Origin: Patescibacteria group bacterium
Lineage (GTDB): Bacteria; Patescibacteriota; Patescibacteriia; 2-01-FULL-39-33
NCBI GenBank assembly: GCA_041662745.1
Contig: JBAZRV010000001.1
Location: forward strand, 150,001 to 182,000
Direction of reading: 5' to 3'
Length of the DNA stretch: 32,000 nucleotides
This document shows positions 24,850-32,000 of the stretch, in pieces (positions within the stretch are counted from its first letter, which is position 1; every line of letters begins with the position of its first letter). Both the position numbers and the translations under genes were made by a program. Under the pieces are notes generated by a model. It searched no databases and had not been told where the DNA came from. It was given only the letters and a program-made list of their open reading frames with translations.

Positions 24850-26286
24850 ATGCCTGACACATCAGCCGCCAGTAATATTGAGTCCAATGATAAAAGGAGC
24901 GGATATAGGGTTTCTACACAAAATTGGGATGGTTTTAATCGCAGGGGGTTTAGGACAATTGCCAGAGAAGTCTTATTGCCGATTGTTCAAAAAGATATCG
25001 TTATCAGCGTTCCTCGGCAGACAGAAGATTTTTCTAATAATGGTAAATTCAATATTAAAATTTTGTCTTCGCCACAAGGTTTGCCGAAGACCAATATGCC
25101 GAAAGAGATTTTTGGTCATAGAGTTTTTTATGATCTTAATGATTCATATACGGCTACTGGCTTGGGAGAAGCTATTATTGATGAGTCAACCGGTTATGCG
25201 GTAGCTGAGTTATTCCCCGACAATCTTTATATTCATTATGATATTTGTCACAGCGATGAACTTTATGAACTGAAAATTTTTAGGTTGCTTTTAAAGAAGG
25301 TAGCGGCTTTTTTGCAGTTATTGCCAGCTGAGATGGCCCAGCGGCGCAAACAGCAGCAGGAGAAAATTTTGATTGCTAATCGGGAGAGATATGCGGCGTT
25401 GCTATCCTCATTGATAAACAGTGGATCAAGAGCTGCGGATGCAGAACGAATTACTGAAATGGAAGAAAAAATCAGGGATCAGCGGATTGCTTTGACGCAA
25501 GCATTATTTGAATTGGCAGCGGCCAAACGGAAGCAGGCCGATAGTATCGGCTCTAAAGGTCAAACTGAAATACTGGCAGAGTTTGAGCGATTAAGGTCTA
25601 TGTCCAAGGTACGGGATGTGGCTGTTAGCGATGATGGGACTATCAGCGTAACTACTAATGTCTTATATTGTCGCAACAAAGCCACGGGATTGCTATACGA
25701 GATTGGCGCCTTCCGGTTGGATATACGGCTTAAGTTGGTAGGGGATTATTCGGAGCCCGAAGATTATCTTTCCTTTACCAATATTACTAGGACAATCGGC
25801 GGTTATCTCAGTGATCACTCGCACCATCCTCACATTTTTAAACCAAAAGATTTTTGCCTGGGCAATGCCGAAGAGATTGTCCCCGATCTCTTGTCTAATT
25901 TAGAAATTCGGGCTCTGGTTGGCGTCATGATTCAATTTATTGAGTCAGTTAACCCTCGTGATGACGCCGGTGTAGGGATATTTCTTTGGCCGTTAGCGCC
26001 ATTAGAAATGCAATCTCCGGAAGCGCAGGACAGATTGAAGGATTTATGGTCGCAAGAGGATAATCCTTTCAAAAACGTTGATGCTCCATTAAGAACGTTC
26101 GTTCGAACAGCGCAAATCATGCCTAAGGGTTATGATATCGCGTTTGACTGCGGTTGGCGGAAATGGCATCTGAACGGTGCACTGGCATATACCAGAGAGA
26201 TAGCAACATGGTTAGGCGTTGATGAGGCTTGGGCTTATGTTATTATGGCGAATTATTTTTCTGTTGCATCATCACAAATTACTTGA
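24850..26286 (+). CDS. multidomain protein with coiled coil and putative E2/RWD-like domain
   Basis: 478 aa, SD AAAGGAGAAAAG; coiled-coil region (~aa 155-255), then HHPHIFKPKDFCLGNAEEIVPDLLSNLEIRALVGVMIQFIESVNPRDDAG resembling prokaryotic E2-like HPH..CLG motifs. Confidence 0.65.
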   Translation: MPDTSAASNIESNDKRSGYRVSTQNWDGFNRRGFRTIAREVLLPIVQKDIVISVPRQTEDFSNNGKFNIKILSSPQGLPKTNMPKEIFGHRVFYDLNDSYTATGLGEAIIDESTGYAVAELFPDNLYIHYDICHSDELYELKIFRLLLKKVAAFLQLLPAEMAQRRKQQQEKILIANRERYAALLSSLINSGSRAADAERITEMEEKIRDQRIALTQALFELAAAKRKQADSIGSKGQTEILAEFERLRSMSKVRDVAVSDDGTISVTTNVLYCRNKATGLLYEIGAFRLDIRLKLVGDYSEPEDYLSFTNITRTIGGYLSDHSHHPHIFKPKDFCLGNAEEIVPDLLSNLEIRALVGVMIQFIESVNPRDDAGVGIFLWPLAPLEMQSPEAQDRLKDLWSQEDNPFKNVDAPLRTFVRTAQIMPKGYDIAFDCGWRKWHLNGALAYTREIATWLGVDEAWAYVIMANYFSVASSQIT

Positions 26287-26340
26287 TCATCCAACCAATA
26301 TGGTAATTGTAAGGTTTTAACAGTAAAGGAGAAACCAATA

Positions 26341-27081
26341 GTGAAGAAGATTAAACGTGGTCCGGCTGGTAGTTCTGCGAACGGGCCGTCCAGGTCCAGA
26401 GCAAAATTTTTCCGACCGCACGCCTTTCGGAACGAGGTGTCCTTGATTGGCGGTGAACCATTGATCATAGTAACTCCGGAAGTCCAGGAAGGAATGTATC
26501 ATATTGCCGATCAAGCCAGAGGAGAGGCCGGCTGGCTGGGAACAGTTTCCGAACTTCCTGAAAGAACTTATGTTATTGATGAGCTTTTCATTTTTAAGCA
26601 GAGAGTTGACGCGCTTACCAATACCTTAACCAGAGAAGGGTTGTCCGCGGTAGGCATGGAAATACTTAGACGTCCGGATGGCATGGAAGTTTGGAATCGG
26701 GTAAGGTTCTGGGGACATAGCCATGGAACCCTATCAACCGCTCCGTCGTTTCAAGATAAACAGCAATTTTCGTTATTGGGTAATTCGGGTTTCCCCTACT
26801 TTATTAGAGGGATAATTAATCGTTTAGGCCGGATGGAATTTTCTATCATGTATTATGATTCGGGAATTCTGATAGAAGACGTTCCTTGGCAGATTTCTAA
26901 CACTATAACCGACAATCAGGCTGAGTTTATCGCTAATCAATTAGCAGAAAAAGTCACTTGGGTTGATCAGAGACGCGTTGGCAAAGGCGCTATAGGAGGT
27001 TTTTTTGACGGTTTATTGGTTTCTGGTTTGCCGGGAGATCTGACTGTGGAGGAGATGTTAGTGTTGGGAGGGGGGTCATGA
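26341..27081 (+). CDS. JAB/JAMM (Mov34/MPN) metallopeptidase-like protein
   Basis: GTG start after AAAGGAGAAA; GEAGWLG and HSHGTLSTAPSFQD = HxH-x7-SxxD. Confidence 0.85.
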   Translation: MKKIKRGPAGSSANGPSRSRAKFFRPHAFRNEVSLIGGEPLIIVTPEVQEGMYHIADQARGEAGWLGTVSELPERTYVIDELFIFKQRVDALTNTLTREGLSAVGMEILRRPDGMEVWNRVRFWGHSHGTLSTAPSFQDKQQFSLLGNSGFPYFIRGIINRLGRMEFSIMYYDSGILIEDVPWQISNTITDNQAEFIANQLAEKVTWVDQRRVGKGAIGGFFDGLLVSGLPGDLTVEEMLVLGGGS

Positions 27082-27776
27082 GTATTAATCCGACGCGTCA
27101 CTTGCAAGTATTTTCTCCTCAAGAGTTTAGCAAGACCGGTTACTTAGTTGATGTGATTGGTTGCGGAGCTACCGGTTCGCATATAGTTTTGTCCTTAGCC
27201 AGATTGGGTATTACTAATATTCGCGTTTGGGATTTTGACACGGTTCAAGCCCACAACATTCCTAATCAAGTGTTTGGCTTGAAGGACATCAATCGTCCAA
27301 AAGTAGCGGCGATACATGATGCGGTTGCGGCGGCGACTGGTACGAGCATAGATATACGCGATGTTAGGTTTGACGGCGGCCCCGGCCAAGAATTGGGCGA
27401 TATTGTGTTCCTCTTGACAGACACTATGGCCTCGCGTAGAATGATCTGGGAGAGTTCCATTAAATTTAATATAAATATTCGGTTAATGGTTGAAACGCGC
27501 TTAGGCGCTGAATCAGGTAAGATTTATACCATTAATCCTAGCCTTCTCGGTCACGTCCAGGGTTGGGAAAGCACTTTATGTGAAGATCGGGTTGCGGCTC
27601 CTAGCGCTTGTGGGGCCATTACTTCAGTCGGGCCGACAGCGGAAATCGTTTCCGGAATCGCCGTGTGGCAATTAATGGACTGGTTTAGAATCAAACAGGG
27701 AAAGGAGGTAGAGCTGCCTAATGAAGTATTTTTTTCTGTTCGGCCTTGGATGATGCTGACTCGGTATTTTAGGTAG
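27078..27776 (+). CDS. ThiF/E1-like adenylating enzyme
   Basis: VDVIGCGATGSHIVLSLARLGITNIRVWDFDTVQAHNIPNQVFG; PSACGAITSVGPTAEIVSGIAVWQLMDW; ATGA overlap with the JAB gene. Confidence 0.9.
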   Translation: MSINPTRHLQVFSPQEFSKTGYLVDVIGCGATGSHIVLSLARLGITNIRVWDFDTVQAHNIPNQVFGLKDINRPKVAAIHDAVAAATGTSIDIRDVRFDGGPGQELGDIVFLLTDTMASRRMIWESSIKFNINIRLMVETRLGAESGKIYTINPSLLGHVQGWESTLCEDRVAAPSACGAITSVGPTAEIVSGIAVWQLMDWFRIKQGKEVELPNEVFFSVRPWMMLTRYFR

Positions 27777-27853
27777 TAGTTGTTATTATGGCAAAATCGT
27801 GTGTTGCGATTTTGTCGATGCAAACCAGTTGCAACCGATAAGGAGCAATAGCT

Positions 27854-28099
27854 ATGGAAGACAAGGGATTCATTCTCGTTAAAGTCGGAAAATTGCCGGG
27901 CGTAATCAAGGAAGTCGGCCTGAGTGATTGCGACGGCGAGCGAACGATCGCCAAGGCGTTGAAGGGCGCTGAATTGGAAAAAGAAGAGGGGTACGAGGTT
28001 CGCGTCAATAATGACGTTGTCGCGGACGACGATGTTGCCGATTATGAATTGTCCGATGGCGATATCGTTATCCTGGTTGAGGACATCGTCGGCAATTAA
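27854..28099 (+). CDS. MoaD/ThiS/ubiquitin-like beta-grasp protein
   Basis: 81 aa: MEDKGFILVKVGKLPGVIKEVGLSDCDGERTIAKALKGAELEKEEGYEVRVNNDVVADDDVADYELSDGDIVILVEDIVGN; SD AAGGAG. Confidence 0.85.
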   Translation: MEDKGFILVKVGKLPGVIKEVGLSDCDGERTIAKALKGAELEKEEGYEVRVNNDVVADDDVADYELSDGDIVILVEDIVGN

Positions 28100-28261
28100 A
28101 GCCGGCCTGCCTCGAAAGTACTTTTAGTAATTTATTAATCAGCCGGGTAGCTTATCCGGCTTTTTTATTTTAATAATTTTATCATCCTTTACAAATTACC
28201 AATAAGGTGCTAAGATATTAGTGTTTTAATGAAGGAACTTGATTGTATTTTTAACACAGGG

Positions 28262-28333
28262 GCAATTAGCTCAGTTGGTTAGAGCGTCTCGTTGACGTCG
28301 AGAAGGTCAGTGGTTCGAATCCACTATTGCCCA
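28262..28333 (+). tRNA. tRNA-Val (anticodon GAC)
   Basis: GGGCAAT/ATTGCCC acceptor, loop TTGACGT, T arm AGTGG-TTCGAAT-CCACT. Confidence 0.93.
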
Positions 28334-28353
28334 CATAAGTACCTGCATAAAAT

Positions 28354-28380
28354 AAAAACGGCCTAAAGCCGATTTTTTAT
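28354..28380. terminator. bidirectional terminator-like hairpin
   Basis: AAAAACGGC-CTAAA-GCCGATTTTTT. Confidence 0.7.
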
Positions 28381-28406
28381 TTTGTAAAAAAAGCGCCAAA
28401 ATGGCG

Positions 28407-29195
28407 CTATTCTCGTATAAAGATCTTAATAGGCTGTTCATCGCGTCGTTTTTCGGTTATTGCAACAGTAAAGTAAAACCAATCAGTCTGGCTTTCTCCG
28501 ACGGGCTGCCAGATTTCTTCCCCGCCTCCCCCGTCTTCTATGTTGAGACAAATTAGTTGATAAGCAACCGCTTTAACCGCTATCAGATAACTAATATCGC
28601 GATGCCTGGCTCCGGCAGATTCTTTGCCGTCGTCCCCCAAGCGGTCGTTATACCCGGGACAATTTTCCGGAGCCGGCCTTAAGAAGCCGTTTCGGAGCTC
28701 TTCAATGTATAATTGCCCATCTCCTCGGACAACCCAATGTCCGACCTTAGTGTCACGGATATCTTCCGGGATAAAGAAGGAATAGTTTCTTTTTGCCGGC
28801 AGGATTTTCCCTCTGGCAATCAGGCACGAATCGGCATAAATTTCCCAGCGCAGTTCAAATTCTAATCCTTCATTTTGATACTCGGCCGTTACGCCGTAAC
28901 TCATGTCAATTTTTGCCTCAATGCGTTGGCAGGCGTCTTCCGGCGGCAAGAAGATTTTTTGGACCGGACCGAATAACCGTTCGGAATCATTTATTTTTCG
29001 TAAGTCATCATTAGTCTGATCGGCATCAGTACGATTATAAAAAATAATCGGATGAAGATTGAGGAAGGTGTAAATCTGATTTTCTGTCAAAGCCAATTGG
29101 TTGCTTTGGAAAAAACTCATCTCCTCGGCGCCGGGCAATAAGGCGGGCAATGAACAGAGCAAAAACAAGCAGACGGGCAGGGGCAGCCTTTTCAT
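28407..29195 (-). CDS. exported hypothetical protein
   Basis: ATG 29195: MKRLPLPVCLFLLCSLPALLPGAEEM signal peptide; SD AGAGGAG. Confidence 0.75.
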   Translation of the reverse strand: MKRLPLPVCLFLLCSLPALLPGAEEMSFFQSNQLALTENQIYTFLNLHPIIFYNRTDADQTNDDLRKINDSERLFGPVQKIFLPPEDACQRIEAKIDMSYGVTAEYQNEGLEFELRWEIYADSCLIARGKILPAKRNYSFFIPEDIRDTKVGHWVVRGDGQLYIEELRNGFLRPAPENCPGYNDRLGDDGKESAGARHRDISYLIAVKAVAYQLICLNIEDGGGGEEIWQPVGESQTDWFYFTVAITEKRRDEQPIKIFIRE

Positions 29196-29240
29196 GATAC
29201 GGTCTCCTCTTGGTTGTGTTTGAAAGAACTTTGTTGATAG

Positions 29241-29313
29241 TAGGCCTGGATGGATTTGAACCATCGACATCTACCTTATAAGGGTAGCGCTCTAACCCCT
29301 GAGCTACAGGCCC
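29241..29313 (-). tRNA. tRNA-Ile (anticodon UAU)
   Basis: Minus strand GGGCCTGTAGCTCAGGGGTTAGAGCGCTACCCTTATAAGGTAGATGTCGATGGTTCAAATCCATCCAGGCCTA; loop CTTATAA gives UAU. Confidence 0.85.
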
Positions 29314-29477
29314 AAAACAGTTCATAAAGTTGAAAGTCCGCAAAGTCAAAAGTAAAGACCAATGCAACTAAAAGGAATACTAACAAAAAAGGGTTTATTA
29401 TTCAAGTCCAAAGGTTGACTTTTTATCGGAATTAAGCTAAAATTTATCTTCTATCTAATGTATTGTATAATGTAGTT

Positions 29478-31001
29478 ATGGATAAGGCGACGGCCAAATT
29501 GAAAAAATGGCAACGGGCGGCTCTGAGCCTGCCTGAGTTTGCCTTTGTTAAAAAATTCATTAACCAATATCCGGAAGCAAAAATCTACTTGGTTGGCGGC
29601 GCGGTGCGCGATATCCTGTTGGAGCGCGCCACTAAGGACTATGATTTTGTCATTGCCGGCGCGTCCGCTGAAAGAGTGGAAGATTTTTTTAGCCGGTTAG
29701 GCGAGGTTGATTTGGTTGGCAAAAGTTTCGGCGTATTCAAATTCGTACCCGAAGGCTTCCGGGTCGGTGATAATAACTTTGAAGCGATTGATGTCGCTTT
29801 GCCCCGCACCGAAGTCGCCGGCATGAGCGGCGGCTATAAGGATTTTGAGGTGCAGAGCGATCCGAATTTGCCGATTGAGTCTGACTTGTCGCGTCGCGAT
29901 TTTACCATTAACGCTTTGGCTTGGGATTTGACGGCAGAAAAGATAATTGATGAATTTGACGGCTTACAAGACTTAAAGAACAAGACTCTTCGAGCTATCG
30001 GCGATCCGGCGCAAAGATTCCAGGAGGACTATACTCGCATGTTGCGCGGTATCCGTTTTGTCTGCCAGCTTGATTTCGTTTTAGAGCCGGCTACTTATGA
30101 AATCATAAAAGCCAAGGCGGAAAAAATAAAAACCATCGCGCCGGAAAGGATTAATGAGGAGTTTACGAAGATTATTACATCTGACAGTCCGGAAAAAGGC
30201 ATCAGGTTAATGCAGGCTGTCGGTTTGCTTCAGATCCTGATTCCGGAATTGTCCGCCGCTTTCGGCGTGACGCAAAACTTGCACCATATTTATGACGTTT
30301 TTGAGCATAGCGTCCGGGCGGTTCAAGCCGGAGCCGACCGTGGCTTTAAGCTGGAAGTCCGCTTGGCCGCGCTTTTTCATGACATCGGCAAACCGCAAAC
30401 CAAAGAGGGCGACGGCCCTAAATCAACTTTCTATAATCATGATATCGTTGGCGCAAAAATCGCCAAGAAAATCCTGCGTCGCCTGAATTATTCCAATGAG
30501 ACTGTGGACTATGTCACTCACCTGGTTCGTTACCATATGTTTTATTACGCTTTGGATATTGTTTCCGATGCCGGCGTACGCCGCTTGTTAGCGCGTTTGG
30601 GCAAAGATCATATTGATGATTTTATCGCCGTGCGCATCTGTGATCGTTTGGGCATGGGCCGGCCCAAAGCCAAGCCCTGGAAACTCGTCCAATTGGAACG
30701 GCGATTCAAAGAAGTGCAGTTGGATCCGATTACGCCCAAAATGCTGAAGCTTAAAGGCGATGAACTTATGAAGCTTTTAGATATTATGCCGGGACCGCGC
30801 GTCGGCCTGATCTTGAATGCCTTGCTGGGCGAAGTATTGGAAGAACCGAAGAATAATGATCATGAGTATTTGGTTAAACGGGCTAGGGAATTGCAGAAAT
30901 CATCTGATGGAGAATTAAAGCAACTTAATCCGGATGTGAAATTTTATGACGAAGAAAGAAAGCGGAACTTGCATCGTGTCAATCCCAGCGATGACGCTTA
31001 A
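29478..31001 (+). CDS. CCA-adding/poly(A) polymerase family nucleotidyltransferase with HD domain
   Basis: IYLVGGAVRDILLERATKDYDFV, RRDFTINALAWDLT, LAALFHDIGKPQT. Confidence 0.92.
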   Translation: MDKATAKLKKWQRAALSLPEFAFVKKFINQYPEAKIYLVGGAVRDILLERATKDYDFVIAGASAERVEDFFSRLGEVDLVGKSFGVFKFVPEGFRVGDNNFEAIDVALPRTEVAGMSGGYKDFEVQSDPNLPIESDLSRRDFTINALAWDLTAEKIIDEFDGLQDLKNKTLRAIGDPAQRFQEDYTRMLRGIRFVCQLDFVLEPATYEIIKAKAEKIKTIAPERINEEFTKIITSDSPEKGIRLMQAVGLLQILIPELSAAFGVTQNLHHIYDVFEHSVRAVQAGADRGFKLEVRLAALFHDIGKPQTKEGDGPKSTFYNHDIVGAKIAKKILRRLNYSNETVDYVTHLVRYHMFYYALDIVSDAGVRRLLARLGKDHIDDFIAVRICDRLGMGRPKAKPWKLVQLERRFKEVQLDPITPKMLKLKGDELMKLLDIMPGPRVGLILNALLGEVLEEPKNNDHEYLVKRARELQKSSDGELKQLNPDVKFYDEERKRNLHRVNPSDDA

Positions 31002-31043
31002 AAATTAAAAAACCCGGCCGAAACCGAGTTGGGAAGGTGCCAT

Positions 31044-31343
31044 TTATTGCTTGAAGAATTTTTCTATGCCGGCGAGGCGCCGTTCCAGGGACTGACGGAT
31101 CCTCTCCTTGATTATTTTTTTAGCCTCCGTCGGCACGGTACAGCTGGGATCAATGTTTTCCGGAGGAACCATTTTGTCGGTGTAAACCTTGTAGTCGTGG
31201 ACATTGAGAATATCGCAGACGTAGAGTCCTCTGAGCTGGTTAATGGCGGTGACCCAAAGAATATTGCCGGTTCTGGCGTTGGCGGCGATTTGGAAATAGT
31301 AACAGCCGATTTTAATGTCGGGATTCAGTGTTTGCTTAAGCAC
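31044..31343 (-). CDS. hypothetical protein
   Basis: 99-aa ORF opposite a non-conserved 106-aa plus-strand ORF. Confidence 0.45.
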   Translation of the reverse strand: MLKQTLNPDIKIGCYYFQIAANARTGNILWVTAINQLRGLYVCDILNVHDYKVYTDKMVPPENIDPSCTVPTEAKKIIKERIRQSLERRLAGIEKFFKQ

Positions 31344-31379
31344 AATTAACTCCTTCCCTGTTTTTACAGAACAATCTTT

Positions 31380-32000
31380 ATGTCAGATAATATTATTACA
31401 ATTGGTAAAGAAAGTCAAGGCCGGCGCCTGGATCTGTTTTTGGTTGAAGAACTGGGACGGACACGATCGCAGGTTCAAAAGTTGATTAAGTCCGGAGCGA
31501 TTGCGGTTAATGGCGGTCAGCCGACCGTGCATCGGTTTTTGAAAGAAAACGACTCCATTATCATTACGGAACCGGCCAAACCGGCTGATAATCCTAAAGG
31601 TGGAAAGAAGCTGGCTGTTCCCGTTGATTCTCATCGGGATGGCAAATTGCTCTGGCCCAAAATCAAGATTATTGATGATAATGACGAATATTTGATTATA
31701 GAAAAACCGGCCGGACTGTTGGTGCATCCGACCGATCAAAATGAAACCGATACGTTAATGGATTGGGTGATTGCCAAATATCCGCAAATTAAAAAAATTG
31801 GCGAAGATCCGGCGCGCGCCGGCATTGTTCATCGTTTGGATCGCGAAGTGTCCGGATTGATGGTTATACCGAAAACCCAAGACGCGTTTGATTACTTTAA
31901 AAAACTGTTTAAGACCAGGCAATTGACCAAGAAATATCTGGCCCTGGTTTATGGCCGAGTCGGTCAGGATGCGGGCGAGATTAACTTCCGCATCGGCCGG
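31380..32000 (+). CDS. RluA-family pseudouridine synthase with S4 domain (C-terminus runs off the right edge)
   Basis: From ATG 31380: ...DLFLVEELGRTRSQVQKLIKSGAIAVNGG... and HRLDREVSGLMVIPKT. Open to the window edge. Confidence 0.9.
   Translation, partial: MSDNIITIGKESQGRRLDLFLVEELGRTRSQVQKLIKSGAIAVNGGQPTVHRFLKENDSIIITEPAKPADNPKGGKKLAVPVDSHRDGKLLWPKIKIIDDNDEYLIIEKPAGLLVHPTDQNETDTLMDWVIAKYPQIKKIGEDPARAGIVHRLDREVSGLMVIPKTQDAFDYFKKLFKTRQLTKKYLALVYGRVGQDAGEINFRIGR

Noticed and set aside
29035-29367. 110-aa minus ORF
   Set aside because: Overlaps tRNA-Ile and the signal-peptide end of the exported protein gene; translation of tRNA sequence is typical of a spurious ORF.
31383-31739. 118-aa minus ORF
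   Set aside because: Antisense to the conserved RluA-family gene starting at 31380.

Overview
The window looks like a small-genome, AT-leaning bacterial chromosome. Gene content and style suggest a Patescibacteria/CPR-like lineage, but that is inference. Housekeeping genes recognised: gyrA (partial), guaB, rpsP, a CDP-alcohol phosphatidyltransferase, an NAD-dependent epimerase, a CCA-adding/poly(A) polymerase family enzyme, an RluA-family pseudouridine synthase (partial), and five tRNAs: Arg-CCU, Ala-GGC, Asp-GUC, Val-GAC, Ile-UAU. The most interesting locus is a four-gene, same-strand cluster at 24850-28099. It encodes (1) a 478-aa protein with a coiled coil and a putative E2/RWD-like domain carrying HHPHIFKPKDFCLGN, (2) a JAB/JAMM peptidase-like protein with a perfect HxH-x7-SxxD motif, (3) a ThiF/E1-like adenylating enzyme, and (4) an 81-aa MoaD/ThiS/ubiquitin-like beta-grasp protein ending in ...VGN. 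Together these read as a compact candidate bacterial ubiquitin-like conjugation system. Other notable signals: an AT-rich region near gyrA with a perfect DnaA box and three TGTCTAGACA/TGTCCGGACA double palindromes (candidate origin or regulatory hub); a holin-like small membrane protein ORF interrupted by one in-frame TGA behind a perfect consensus promoter and an operator-like dyad; a ~100-nt direct repeat with a covarying hairpin flanking a small gene next to tRNA-Asp; a 1409-aa protein of unknown function; and a ParA-like/P-loop kinase-like gene pair. No CRISPR array, transposase or integrase was seen.
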